Shown here piece by piece: positions 1 to 10,480 of a DNA stretch of 64,000 nucleotides. Each line of letters starts with the position of its first letter. The first letter of the stretch is position 1. The stretch is from Candidatus Omnitrophota bacterium (lineage in GTDB: Bacteria; Omnitrophota; Omnitrophia; Omnitrophales; Aquincolibacteriaceae). The notes under the pieces are model-generated. The model was not told the origin of the DNA. It worked only from the letters and a program-made list of their open reading frames with translations, and made no database searches. Position numbers and translations under genes: made by a program. The stretch spans positions 109,955 to 173,954 of the forward strand of contig CAISGE010000002.1 of the NCBI GenBank assembly GCA_903884815.1, written 5' to 3'.

Positions 1-2
1 AC

Positions 3-3000
3 TCGGTGCTTCTCGCGACGGTGGCCGGTAATGTCACGACTTATACGGCGAAGGGGCTTGCGCCGAGTACGGATTATATCTTCACGGTCAAAGCGAAGGA
101 TGCCGCGTCAAACTACTCGGATCCAAGCGACCCGCTCACGGTCAGAACGGCACCGGACACCCAGGCTCCGTCAGCTCCGGCGGGGCTTCATTACTCGAAA
201 TTGAAGCGGGAGACCGTGACGCTCTCCTGGAGCGCTTCGACGGACGATATCGGCGTGACGGGTTATCAGATCTTCGAGAACGGAACATTTCTAGCGGACG
301 TACTGTCCGGCACGACCTACTCGGTCACCGGGCTCACGGCGTCGACGACTTATACCTTCACGGTCAGAGCCAAGGATCTTGCAGCTAACGCCTCCGCCTT
401 TTGCACTCCGGTGACATTTACCACGAAATCACTTACCGATGATGTGGCCGATCCCGTGATCAGCATCGGTTTACCCAGCGTGACATCTGCGGTCGCGACG
501 ATCAACTGGACGACCGACGAAGCCAGCGATTCTCAGGTGGAGTACCGGGTTAAGGGGACCACTGCTTGGATGCCCACAAGCACTGACCCTTCTCTTGTGA
601 CAAGCCATTCGGTGGCGCTTACCGGGCTGACTGCGGGTGTGATCTATGAATACCATGTGAAATCCTCGGATGCTTCGGGCAATCTTGCGGACAGTCTCGA
701 TACCCAGGCGACGCCATCTATCTTGACGACGCCGTCTCCTTCCTTTGGCTTGGATCCCGTGATCAGTGCCCAGCCCGTGGGAGGGCAAATCCAGAACGGC
801 AACGATATGACTTTAGGCGTGGCGGCGAGCGTGCCTGCCGGTTCCACCGTGGCGTATCAATGGCAGAAAGACGGCGTCGACATCAACGGAGCGACGAATA
901 GCAGTTACCTGCTTTCCGGAGCGAGTCCTGCTTTAGCCGGGAGTTACCGTTGCATCGTCAAGCGAATGAGCGGCACAACGGTGCTTAGTCAGGTCCCGAG
1001 CGCTGCGGCCGCGGTGACCGTCTCGCCTCTCTATCCGTTGATCTACGGTATCGCCGTGGCGGCTAAGGCTGCGAGTGCGACCATTACCTGGGGTACCTCC
1101 ACAGCCAGCGATTCTAAGGTGATGTACCGGGCGCAGGGGGCCTCGGCCTGGGAGACGGCCACGAGTTCTGATTCGCTCGTAAAAAATCACTCAGTCATGC
1201 TTACCGGGCTTATGGCGGGCACGCTTTATGAGTACCGAGTGAACTCCACGGACAGCGCGTACCGTTCCGCGGACGAGATGAAGCCCGCTGCTTTTACAAC
1301 GGCCCCTTCCGCAAGTTCCACAGATACGATCGTTCCCACGCTCAAGGTGGCGAGTGAGAATATAAACGGCACCGTGACCGACATTGTGAAACTCTCGGCC
1401 TACAGTAACGATGCCGACGCGCCTTCCATTCGATTCCAGCTGGACGGAAATAATCTGACCATAGGCACTCCCACGAATAATACGTTTGATTGGGATACGA
1501 CCCAAACGACCAACGGCGCCCACGTCATCAGCGCGATAGCGACAGACAGCGCCGGCAACACAACGACGATGTTTTTTAACCTGAGGGTTATGAATTATCC
1601 CATTTACTCGGTCTATTTGGAGAGGAATGCGACGGATGTGACCGTGAACTGGAAAACACTTTCCAATTCGAATACCCAGGTGGAATACGTCCGTGTCGAG
1701 GATAACGGAAGCGTTTCAGCGATCGTTTCTTCCCAGGTGCCGGATGACAACACTCCGACTCGCGAACATTCGATAATGCTCAAGGGTCTGGAGCCGGGCG
1801 CGACCTATTATTACCGCGTGAAGTCCACGAATGACGCGGGCACGGAAGTGTCAAGCGACTACATGTTCACGACCGCACAGCTTCCAACCACGGATGCTCC
1901 GCAAATTAGTAGCGAAGGCGCGACCCCTGTTTCGCTCGAAAAGGATATGACGTGGGTGTTCGCGGGCGATAGCATCACGAGCTTGCATGAATACAACGTG
2001 TACATGGAGGCGTATTACCAGCTGCGCTATCCCGGCATGGATTTTCATTTTCGCGAAGCCGCGGGTAGCGGACAGCAAATTATTGGTTTCACGAACTACG
2101 GCAGATATGACTATTGGGCTTATTCCTGGGACCCGGATATTGTGAGCGCTTCGATCTGCAACGGGCCTGCCGTCCGGGATTTGGTCCGGGGTCAGCTGGA
2201 CGATCTTGCCCATAATTTCATTGAGGGAGAGAGTGGCGCGATCCCGGTAATATTCGGTACTATTCCGGCGCCAAGCGGTCTTAGCAACTGGGCAAATGAG
2301 GTTTTCAACGATGCGTACACTTCGTTTGCAAAAGACAATGGCTATCTCTACACGGATGACTTCGGACCGCTCAATGATCTCTGGACCGCCAATCGCAATT
2401 CGGCGAATCCGATTCCTTTTGAAGAAGCGACCCCGGATCATCCGGGACCCACGCCCCAGGCGAGCATCGCTTATGAAAGACTGAGCCAATTGGGAGCGGA
2501 CCCCTTGGTGAGCTCGGCCACGATCAACGCTGCCGCGACGGGAACCGCGACCGATCCCGTGGTTACGGCGCATAACAAAACGACCATCGACGACAAATCG
2601 ATCTACGTCTCCCCGGGGAAGGACCTCATCGAATTCACGCGGCTTGATGACCGGTTGCCGATGGCGATCCCCACCGACAAATCGCTCTTATTACAGCCGG
2701 ACATTGTAAAGCTCAATCAATATATGCTGCAGGTAAACGGCTTGCAAGCCGGGACCTACAAGGTCTATATCGATGGACAAGAATCGGCCACGGTCACCTC
2801 GGGGCAGCTTGCGAATGGCTGGAACATGGCCGCCATGGCCATGACGCAAGGTCCGATCCACGACCAGTTGCAACGCGTGCTCGACGCCATTTACGCTAAA
2901 GAGGGCCTGGGCCCGAACCCAAATACCGTACCACAAACCTACGGGGTCCAGCTACATACAGGAGTCAATAATTTTCAGAACTATGCCAGTTTATATTATA

Positions 3001-3134
3001 GCCAAGGTTATCGCGGCGAGGACCTGAAGGCCAAGCTCGCCCCCCAGATTGCCGCGCTCGAGGCTTTGGATCAAGCCATCTATGATGCGGCCAAACCCGT
3101 CGAAAGAACGTTCAGGTTGGTCAGAATCAGTTGA
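3..3134 (+). CDS. Large FN3/Ig-repeat protein with C-terminal SGNH/GDSL hydrolase-like domain (5' end outside window)
   Basis: Repeated FN3 motifs (LSWSASTDDIGVTGY, GLTASTTYTFTVRAKD), Ig-like YQWQKDG, Big-like WDTTQTTNGAH, then VFAGDSIT ... DHP typical of SGNH; frame open from the window edge. Confidence 0.85.
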   Translation, partial: SVLLATVAGNVTTYTAKGLAPSTDYIFTVKAKDAASNYSDPSDPLTVRTAPDTQAPSAPAGLHYSKLKRETVTLSWSASTDDIGVTGYQIFENGTFLADVLSGTTYSVTGLTASTTYTFTVRAKDLAANASAFCTPVTFTTKSLTDDVADPVISIGLPSVTSAVATINWTTDEASDSQVEYRVKGTTAWMPTSTDPSLVTSHSVALTGLTAGVIYEYHVKSSDASGNLADSLDTQATPSILTTPSPSFGLDPVISAQPVGGQIQNGNDMTLGVAASVPAGSTVAYQWQKDGVDINGATNSSYLLSGASPALAGSYRCIVKRMSGTTVLSQVPSAAAAVTVSPLYPLIYGIAVAAKAASATITWGTSTASDSKVMYRAQGASAWETATSSDSLVKNHSVMLTGLMAGTLYEYRVNSTDSAYRSADEMKPAAFTTAPSASSTDTIVPTLKVASENINGTVTDIVKLSAYSNDADAPSIRFQLDGNNLTIGTPTNNTFDWDTTQTTNGAHVISAIATDSAGNTTTMFFNLRVMNYPIYSVYLERNATDVTVNWKTLSNSNTQVEYVRVEDNGSVSAIVSSQVPDDNTPTREHSIMLKGLEPGATYYYRVKSTNDAGTEVSSDYMFTTAQLPTTDAPQISSEGATPVSLEKDMTWVFAGDSITSLHEYNVYMEAYYQLRYPGMDFHFREAAGSGQQIIGFTNYGRYDYWAYSWDPDIVSASICNGPAVRDLVRGQLDDLAHNFIEGESGAIPVIFGTIPAPSGLSNWANEVFNDAYTSFAKDNGYLYTDDFGPLNDLWTANRNSANPIPFEEATPDHPGPTPQASIAYERLSQLGADPLVSSATINAAATGTATDPVVTAHNKTTIDDKSIYVSPGKDLIEFTRLDDRLPMAIPTDKSLLLQPDIVKLNQYMLQVNGLQAGTYKVYIDGQESATVTSGQLANGWNMAAMAMTQGPIHDQLQRVLDAIYAKEGLGPNPNTVPQTYGVQLHTGVNNFQNYASLYYSQGYRGEDLKAKLAPQIAALEALDQAIYDAAKPVERTFRLVRIS

Positions 3135-3243
3135 AGTCCGGGGCGCGCGCAGGCCCGCCGCAAGCTGGCGCTGCCGGAGTGAACGACGAAGACTTTGTCT
3201 TGATCTGGCGAATCGACCACAAAGACTAAGAGTCGCAAAAACG

Positions 3244-3316
3244 GTATGTGGCATGTCGTATGTCACATGAAATAGCGAAGCTGCGTTGTCTTTTCGACAT
3301 ACTACATACGACATAC
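3244..3316. repeat. Inverted repeat built from 7-bp units (GTATGTC-like x3 / GACATAC-like x3) between convergent genes
   Basis: gtatgtg gcatgtc gtatgtc (3244-3264) and gacatac tacatac gacatac (3296-3316). Confidence 0.7.
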
Positions 3317-3378
3317 GCTGTATGAGATAAATAAAGCAATGGCCCCAGGGTCTAGCAGCGTTCTCGAGAGCCCTGTCT

Positions 3379-5685
3379 TTAGCTGGCGAAAGTCTTGACG
3401 GGTTTGGGCTGCACGAGCGGGAGGACGAAAGAGAAGGTGCTGCCCTTCTTGAATTCCGATTCAATTTCGATCTGGCCGTGATGCTGTTCTACGATCTTCT
3501 TCGAGATCGCAAGTCCCAACCCCGTGCCGCCCGGCGCGACGAGCTTGGCCGATTCCAGCTGGCCGAATTTCCGAAAGAGCTTCGGGATATCTTTTTGCTG
3601 GACGCCGATCCCCGTGTCTTTGACCGAGACCTTGATACCCTCCGGGGTTGCGGCTGTGACGAGCGTGATCTCGCCTTGAAGCGTAAATTTGATGGAATTC
3701 TGGATAAGATTGGTCAGTACCTGGAGGATCTTGTCGCGGTCGAGTTCGGGATGAGGGAGGTGGGGTTGGAGCTCCAGCTTTAAAATAAGATTTTTGTTTT
3801 CCACCAGCGGTCGCATGGCGAGGGCGGCTTCTTCGAGGAGCTTATTAACATTCTCCTTTTTCATGTGGAACTCGATCACGCCGGCTTCCATTTTGTGAAA
3901 GGCGAGAACATCGTTGACGAGCCGCACCAGCCGGTCGACGCAGCGCTTGGAGATATTGAGCACTTCTTTTTGCTCGGCCGTGATCTCGCCTGTCAGCCCC
4001 TCAAGGATGATGCTCAGACCTTCCTTAACAGAGTGAATTGGCGTGCGGAGCTCATGGGAAACCATTTGGATGAGCTCTGCCTTGATCTCAAGGGATTCTT
4101 TGTATTTGTGCTCGGTTACGTCCTTGGCGAAACAGTAAAATCCGTCAAAGTTCCCGTCTTTGTCCAGAGCCCGCACAATACAAACATACTGGTGGAAGAT
4201 CGAGCCGTCCTTCCGGAGGGCTTTCACCTCGGTTTCGGCTTTGCCCGAGCGCTTCATTTCTTCGAACGCCATCCCAGCTTTGCCCGCATCCTCCGGGCAG
4301 ATCGTCGTCATACGATTCAGGCCAACCATTTCGTCCGGGGTGTAACCCATCATGGCGGCGTAGGCCTTATTGACGCTCAGGATCTTTTTCTGGGGGTCCA
4401 TGCGGGCGATGCCGTCAAGCGCGTATTCCATCGCGATAGAAAAATCCCGAAGCTGCTTTTCGGACAGGATCCTTTCGGTGATATCCTCCGAGATACCGAG
4501 CAGGTAAGCGGGTTTTCCCTGAGCGTCAAGGATCGGGATTTTCTTCGTGTGGAGGATCCGCACGCCTTTTTTATTTGTGTGAATGGATTCTTCCCGGATC
4601 TCCAGAAGGGCTCCGCCGAGGAGCGTTTGCCGGTCTTTTTCCACGAAGGCGTCTGCCTCGGGCTTTGGAAAAAAGGAATAGTCGTTTTTCCCGATCAATT
4701 CTTCGCGTTTGTGTCCGACGAGCTCTTCGCCCGCGCGGTTGAAGCGTACAAAGCGCAGCTCGTTCGCCTCCTTGATAAAGACCATGTCGGGAATGTTCTC
4801 GATGATCGAATCCAGAAAGGAGTTCGTCTGACGCAGCTCCTTTTCGATACGGATTCTCTGGTCGATCTGCTCCCGCAGTTCCTCGTTTGAAAGTCCAAGT
4901 TGGCGCGATTTCTGCTCAAGCTCCGAGGTTCTTTCGGCGACCTTCAGCTCCAGGGCTTCATTCATGTGTTTGAATCCCTGAAGGTAGACCCCGAGCTTCT
5001 TAAGCGTTGGCAAGAACACAAGCGCGCCGATCAAGACGAGGCAAAAAAAGTTTAAAACAAAGAGTGCCCGTCCAAGATTTTGAAGCGCGAGGATCTGCAC
5101 GCCGTTGTCTTTCTGGAATTTCTTGATCGATGAGCGCAGTGTGCCAAGAAGGCGGGTGCTTTTCGCCTGGAAAGCTACAAGCTGAAGATTGTCCGCGTGG
5201 ACCCTGACCGGGGAGCTGACCAGGAACTTTTTTAATGACGAAACGTATTCTTCCAGTTCCAGGTTCAGCGGGGCGGAGGAGGAATAATAGAGTCTGCGGA
5301 GGACGTTGATCAGGTGGAGAGGGAGTTGTGTTTTCTCGGAAACAATATCGTTGGAGGTGGTGCTGAAGACCAACAGGGAATTGAGATCGTCGTGGACGCT
5401 TGCCCGCAGGTCGGCGCGTTCCTGGGGATCCATCGATTGCGCGTAGGCGATCGACAAAAAAGACGTTTTTTGGATAAGGCTGTACTGACCTTCCATGAAG
5501 CCGATGATCGCTGCGTCACGTTCCGCGTGGACGATTTGGTGATTCATCACGGAGAAGTTTCCGACCGCAAAACAAGCGAGGAAAATGAATGAGAAAAGGA
5601 ATTTCAGATTGGTCGCGAGGAGGACGGAATCGCGACGGGCTTTCACAGGTTTTTTTTCCATAGCCTTTTCAGGAGCGTGGCTCAA
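3379..5685 (-). CDS. Membrane PAS-domain sensor histidine kinase
   Basis: Two TM segments, two PAS domains, H-box VSHELRTP, N-box NLIQNSIKFT, DTGIG, GGTGLGLAI. Confidence 0.95.
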   Translation of the reverse strand: MSHAPEKAMEKKPVKARRDSVLLATNLKFLFSFIFLACFAVGNFSVMNHQIVHAERDAAIIGFMEGQYSLIQKTSFLSIAYAQSMDPQERADLRASVHDDLNSLLVFSTTSNDIVSEKTQLPLHLINVLRRLYYSSSAPLNLELEEYVSSLKKFLVSSPVRVHADNLQLVAFQAKSTRLLGTLRSSIKKFQKDNGVQILALQNLGRALFVLNFFCLVLIGALVFLPTLKKLGVYLQGFKHMNEALELKVAERTSELEQKSRQLGLSNEELREQIDQRIRIEKELRQTNSFLDSIIENIPDMVFIKEANELRFVRFNRAGEELVGHKREELIGKNDYSFFPKPEADAFVEKDRQTLLGGALLEIREESIHTNKKGVRILHTKKIPILDAQGKPAYLLGISEDITERILSEKQLRDFSIAMEYALDGIARMDPQKKILSVNKAYAAMMGYTPDEMVGLNRMTTICPEDAGKAGMAFEEMKRSGKAETEVKALRKDGSIFHQYVCIVRALDKDGNFDGFYCFAKDVTEHKYKESLEIKAELIQMVSHELRTPIHSVKEGLSIILEGLTGEITAEQKEVLNISKRCVDRLVRLVNDVLAFHKMEAGVIEFHMKKENVNKLLEEAALAMRPLVENKNLILKLELQPHLPHPELDRDKILQVLTNLIQNSIKFTLQGEITLVTAATPEGIKVSVKDTGIGVQQKDIPKLFRKFGQLESAKLVAPGGTGLGLAISKKIVEQHHGQIEIESEFKKGSTFSFVLPLVQPKPVKTFAS

Positions 5686-7373
5686 GCGGGCATTCCGAGG
5701 TAGAATCCCTGGCCGTATTTTACGCCAAGCTCCTTAAGTTTGTCGAGGTCTTCTAAGGTCTCGATGCCTTCGGCTATCACTTCGGCGTTGAGGTCTGCCG
5801 CGATCTTGAGGGTGCGGCGCAGAGAACGTTCAATGTGAAGGTCCTGGGCGATCCCGCGTATGTATTTTTTATCCAGCTTGATCACGTCGGGCTCCAGCAA
5901 AATGAGACTTTCCAGACAGGTGTTCCCGAACCCCACGTCATCGACGGCGATCGAAATGCCATAACGTTTGAGCTCCTCGACAGGGCCGATCAGATGCGAG
6001 GGCTCACCGAGGATTTGCTGCTCGCTGATCTCAAGGCAGTAGCTTTGGGCCGGGCAATTCGTCACGAGTTTCTGGACAAGGTCCTCCACCGCAAGGTCAA
6101 TGATCGTGGCCGGAAAAAGGTTGATGTGCCGGTGCATGGCGGGAGGTAGAGAGGCCGAAGCCGAGACGCAGGAGCGGAAACAGTGATGATCGACCAAGGT
6201 CAGCATGTTGTTTTCCATTGCGAGCCGGAAAAATTCGTCGGGGGTGTGAACGCCGCTATTTTGAAGGCGCGAAAGGAATTCGTAGCCGATGATCGACAGG
6301 TTGTCCAGACGAAGGATCGGCTGTTTCACCGCGAAGAAATCCGTCCCCCGTCGCATGAGTTCGGTCATATGCCCCGCGTCGGCCCCCAGGATCAGCTCTT
6401 CCGCTTCGCCGGGCGTTTGATACGAAATTCGGTTTTTCCCTTCCTTCTTGCTTTGTCTCAGAAAGGGGTCGGAAATGGCCAGAAGATCATCGACGGAGGT
6501 CACGTGAGACGGCACGGAAGAAAGTCCAAAGCTGGCCGTGATGCGGAGGGACTCTTTGTCTGAAATGACGATGGTGGTGTTCGAAATCGCGAACCGGAGA
6601 CGCTCGGCTAGCTGAAGTCCTTCCTTCAGCGGTGTTTTCGGCAGAAGCAGGATGAACTCATCGCCGCCGATCCGCGCTACGTGATCGGAGATGCGCACCG
6701 AATCCCGGATCTTTTTCGCGGTCTCCTTCAGGAGAAGATCGCCGACGGGATGGCCCAGCGTATCATTGATCCGTTTCAAGTCGTCGATATCCAAAATAAG
6801 GACCATTAATCTTCCGCCCTCGCGGGTCAGGACCTGGGTTTCGCGGCGGAGGACTTGCTGGAGGCCGCGGCGGTTGTAAAGTTCGGTCAGGGGATCAAGA
6901 AGCGCCATTTTTTCAAGACGCAGATTGCTTTCGCGAAGGCGTCCGGTGACTGAAGCGAGCTTCTCTTTGATCCGGTGGCGGTCGATCGCGTGATGCAAAA
7001 TGCGGAGCAGGAGCCTCGAATTGATCTCGCCTTTGATCAGGTAGTCTTCCGCCCCTTTGCGGACAGCGTCGATCGCGAGGGTGTCGCTGTCCAGGCCGCT
7101 CATGATCACGATGGGAGTATGGCGCGCCTGGGCCCGGAGAGAAACAAAGGTCTGGATGCCGGAGGAGTCGGGGAGCATCAGGTCGAGCAGGATCAGGTCC
7201 CAGCCCGTTTCGGCGATGGCTTCCAGGGCTTGCCGCAGAGTGGGAACCCATGTGATATCGAGTGGGGGATTTGCCTCTTTGCTGAGGCGGATCTTCATGA
7301 TCTCCGCGAAATCCTGCTCGTCTTCGACGAGGAGTACCTTCCATCCGGGTTGCGTGAACTTTTCCTGGTCCAT
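5682..7373 (-). CDS. REC-GGDEF-EAL diguanylate cyclase/phosphodiesterase
   Basis: REC (VEDE, DLMLPD), RIGGDEF, EAL variant YEFLSRL, DDVGFG, KLDK, EGIET. Confidence 0.93.
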   Translation of the reverse strand: MDQEKFTQPGWKVLLVEDEQDFAEIMKIRLSKEANPPLDITWVPTLRQALEAIAETGWDLILLDLMLPDSSGIQTFVSLRAQARHTPIVIMSGLDSDTLAIDAVRKGAEDYLIKGEINSRLLLRILHHAIDRHRIKEKLASVTGRLRESNLRLEKMALLDPLTELYNRRGLQQVLRRETQVLTREGGRLMVLILDIDDLKRINDTLGHPVGDLLLKETAKKIRDSVRISDHVARIGGDEFILLLPKTPLKEGLQLAERLRFAISNTTIVISDKESLRITASFGLSSVPSHVTSVDDLLAISDPFLRQSKKEGKNRISYQTPGEAEELILGADAGHMTELMRRGTDFFAVKQPILRLDNLSIIGYEFLSRLQNSGVHTPDEFFRLAMENNMLTLVDHHCFRSCVSASASLPPAMHRHINLFPATIIDLAVEDLVQKLVTNCPAQSYCLEISEQQILGEPSHLIGPVEELKRYGISIAVDDVGFGNTCLESLILLEPDVIKLDKKYIRGIAQDLHIERSLRRTLKIAADLNAEVIAEGIETLEDLDKLKELGVKYGQGFYLGMPA

Positions 7374-7432
7374 CTCCGCACTCCCTTTTCCGTCCCGGGG
7401 ATCCCTTCCCGGGGCTTCATCCTGCCTAGCGC

Positions 7433-7900
7433 CTAAACATCGGGAAGGATTTTCTTGATCGCGTCAAAGAGATCGCTGAATTCATACGGCTTTGTCAAAT
7501 AAGCGTCGGCCCCGATGACCTTGCCCAGGATCTTATCGACAATGGAATCTTTCCCCGTCAACATAATGATGGGAATTTTCACCAGGTTTTCATCAAAACT
7601 TTCCCGGAGCGCTTTGCAGACTTCCTCGCCGGGGAGTTTGGGGATCATGAGATCAAGAATGATAAGGTCGGGGAGGGTTTCCGTGGCTTCTTTAAGACCG
7701 GTCATGCCGTCAAAGGCTGCTGAGACCGAGTAGCCTAGATTTTTCAGGCGCATGGTCAAAAACTTGCTGGCGCTGTATTCGTCTTCAATGATGAGGATTC
7801 TTTTTTTTGTAACGGATTTTTTTTCCATGGGGCTCTTTTTTTCTGCAGGCAAATTAAATTTAGGGGTGGTGGTCTCTGACGCCATATCAACGATCCTCAT
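7433..7900 (-). CDS. Single-domain response regulator
   Basis: ILIIEDE, DLIILDLMIP, IIMLTGK, YLTKP; no output domain. Confidence 0.9.
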   Translation of the reverse strand: MRIVDMASETTTPKFNLPAEKKSPMEKKSVTKKRILIIEDEYSASKFLTMRLKNLGYSVSAAFDGMTGLKEATETLPDLIILDLMIPKLPGEEVCKALRESFDENLVKIPIIMLTGKDSIVDKILGKVIGADAYLTKPYEFSDLFDAIKKILPDV

Positions 7901-8199
7901 TTGGAATCAACAGGCCGCGCGAAACCGCAGCGGATCTTTTTCGCGAAAACGTTTCTTTTGAAACGGAACTTTCTTTAACTCGAAAGGAAGTATATCTGGC
8001 GAATGTGGAAAAAGCAAATCACGGGGATCTGAAAAGGGGCTAATTGCTATGGAAAACTCTAAAGAGAGATATCTTGTTTCATCCGTGAGGGCATTGCCAA
8101 TTCGTGCCACAACTTTTTTCTATAAATATGTGGCAAGGATTCTCTGGTTCGCCCTCTTACGAGGGAAGTCCTCTCGCCAAACGACAAGCCAAAATAGTT

Positions 8200-8466
8200 C
8201 TATGTCTTGCCGTTGAAGTCATCCACGGTGCGTTCCAAATCCTGGACCCGGTCGGATAAGGCGCTGACCGTTTCCGTCAGCTCCGCGATGCTCTGCTCCA
8301 TTTCATCCATTCTGTCGCTCCGCAGGGTTTTCTGAAGGTCCGCGACTTCCTGGGGAGTTCCGCTCATTCCGGTTTCTGCCGAATCATTTTCTGCGGCCGG
8401 CGCGACCGGAAGCGCGAACGAAAGAAGTCCTATTCCCAAAATTAAAACAGCCGTGATTTTTTTCAT
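8200..8466 (-). CDS. Small secreted coiled-coil hypothetical protein
   Basis: MKK-hydrophobic signal peptide ending APA-AE, heptad C-terminus. Confidence 0.7.
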   Translation of the reverse strand: MKKITAVLILGIGLLSFALPVAPAAENDSAETGMSGTPQEVADLQKTLRSDRMDEMEQSIAELTETVSALSDRVQDLERTVDDFNGKT

Positions 8467-8724
8467 CGAAGCCACCTCGAACGGGAGTATACCCTATCTT
8501 TGCAGAAAAGCAAAACATGGGAGGTTGTTTGATTTTTCGTCACAAAAATAGAAAGGGCCCACGGAACCCTCCAGGAAGCCTAAGCTTAGGCCTCCTGCAG
8601 AAAAAAAATCTTTACGGTTGTCTTTAGAGCGGGATTGTATGATACTTCCTCAGCAAAAAGGCCGTGAGCCCGGTCCGGAAGTCCGGATGTGAGGACGCGG
8701 TGTAAACCAAAAGGAGAAAGCATC

Positions 8725-9009
8725 ATGGCGAAGGCGAAAGCAAAAACGAAGGCAAAAGGAAAAGCAAACTCAGCGTTCATGAAACCGATGAAGATCAGCG
8801 AGAAACTCGCACCGGTGGTCGGCAAAGGTCCGATGCCCCGCAGCGAAGTCGTCAAGAAGCTCTGGGCCTACATCAAGAAGAATAAGCTCCAGGACACCAA
8901 GAACAAGCGCAACATCAATGCGGATGAGTCGCTCAAGGCCGTGTTCGCAGGCAAGAAGGTCGTCAATATGTTCGAGATGACCAAGCTCGTCAGCAAGCAT
9001 CTCTCTTAA
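8725..9009 (+). CDS. Stand-alone SWIB/MDM2 domain protein
   Basis: RBS aaggag; RSEVVKKLWAYIKKNKLQD...NINADE...MFEMTKLVSKHL matches the SWIB pattern. Confidence 0.92.
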   Translation: MAKAKAKTKAKGKANSAFMKPMKISEKLAPVVGKGPMPRSEVVKKLWAYIKKNKLQDTKNKRNINADESLKAVFAGKKVVNMFEMTKLVSKHLS

Positions 9010-9028
9010 GAAGCCCCTTTTTTCATTG

Positions 9029-9107
9029 CTCTATCCGCCGTCGTAAGGGGGCGGATAGAGTCCGTGAAAATCCGGATTGAAAGGGATGGCCCTTCGCGGG
9101 CCATCCC
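9029..9107 (+). terminator. Two GC-rich hairpins after SWIB gene (probable terminator or RNA structure)
   Basis: ctctatccgcc/ggcggatagag (9029-9060) and gggatggccc/gggccatccc (9083-9107); no clear U-tract. Confidence 0.5.
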
Positions 9108-9397
9108 GTTCTCCGAGGATCCTCTGCAAACGAAAACCCATTCCCTCTAACTTAGTAATTTCAGTGTTCGCATTCTGTTAATGTCAGGACCTTCCCCTCG
9201 GCGTTTCGGAAGAACCCTTATCTGAGGCGTGATCCGAAGTCCTCAAGCCGCTCCTTTCCACCGCCGTTCAAGTTTTTGCACCCATGCCATAAAGGGCGAC
9301 TTGGACGGCCCCAAGCCTTAAAGACATGTTATAGTTTCTATAGGTAGATGCCGAATCAATAGGCAACATAATCTTTTCACCTGAATGGGGGAAGGCC

Positions 9398-9862
9398 ATG
9401 AAAAACATGAGAAAAGGTTTCACGCTTGTAGAAGTACTGATTGTCGTTGTCATCATCGCTATTCTCGCCTCGCTTATTGTGCCGCGTATGCTCATGCAGA
9501 CCGAAAAGGCCAAAGCCGCCGAAGCTCTCCAGATGATAGGTGCTATCAAACGCGCTGCGGATAGGTACTACGATTTCCATGGAACTTATATTACCCCCAC
9601 TTACGAAATTTATGCGGACCCTGCAGGAGCTGCATCCGCAGAGGGTGATTGGGCGGATCTCGGCCTTGACGACAGCAATATCAGAAAAACAAAGTACTGG
9701 GCTTATAATTATTCTCCCGGGAATAACATCCTCGACGTGCAGACGCCCGATGGGGTAAAATTCGCAACTTACAATATGCAAACGGAGCTGTGGAGTTGCG
9801 ACGGGATTTTTTTTAAAGAGCTTAAAAATGCCGGTGGCAATGTGACCGGCCGCACGATTTAA
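9398..9862 (+). CDS. Type IV pilin-like protein 1
   Basis: Class III signal KG|FTLVE followed by hydrophobic helix. Confidence 0.92.
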   Translation: MKNMRKGFTLVEVLIVVVIIAILASLIVPRMLMQTEKAKAAEALQMIGAIKRAADRYYDFHGTYITPTYEIYADPAGAASAEGDWADLGLDDSNIRKTKYWAYNYSPGNNILDVQTPDGVKFATYNMQTELWSCDGIFFKELKNAGGNVTGRTI

Positions 9863-9928
9863 AAGCAGAATAGAGTAGGTGGTGTGTTGAAAGGGAGCGC
9901 GGCCTATTTCACGCGGGAAAACAGGGTC

Positions 9929-10438
9929 ATGGAAAACACGAAAAAAGGATTTACGCTTGTTGAAGTGCTGATCGTTGTCGTCATTATTGCCATCCTCGCT
10001 TCGCTCATCGTGCCTCGCATGCTCATGCAGACCGAGAAAGCCAAAGCTGCCGAAGCCTTTCAGATGATGGGGGCCATCAAACGAGCAGCGGAAAGATATT
10101 ACGACTTTGCGGGAAGTTATAATGTTCCTTTTCAGGGAAGTATGATTTTTACGAGACCTGACGGGGGTGCGAATATTGGCGATTGGTCCGAACTTGGCCT
10201 CACAGGTATAGAGAAATCAAAGAATTGGTATTACATTTACCAAGGGACGGGCGCCAGTTACGCCATCATTGCCTATGATGACATAGCTTCCGAAAAACGC
10301 AAGGCGGAGATCCATTACGAGGGCTATGAAGATATCAATGAGGTAAGCTTTTGGGTTTGCGCAGGTACTTTTAAACCGATAGAACCTCCCGCGCCGGGAC
10401 ATGGTATGGAGACATCTGTGAAGGGCTGCACGATTTAA
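9929..10438 (+). CDS. Type IV pilin-like protein 2
   Basis: KG|FTLVE; N-terminus nearly identical to pilin 1; C-terminal Cys pair. Confidence 0.92.
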   Translation: MENTKKGFTLVEVLIVVVIIAILASLIVPRMLMQTEKAKAAEAFQMMGAIKRAAERYYDFAGSYNVPFQGSMIFTRPDGGANIGDWSELGLTGIEKSKNWYYIYQGTGASYAIIAYDDIASEKRKAEIHYEGYEDINEVSFWVCAGTFKPIEPPAPGHGMETSVKGCTI

Positions 10439-10480
10439 AGATTAAGAAGGGAAACGGGTAGCGGCGAACGGGGAAAGCAT

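Noticed and set aside
8091-8110. Sigma-54 promoter on the minus strand (TGGCACGAATTGGCA)
   Set aside because: GG-to-GC spacing is 9 rather than the required 10.
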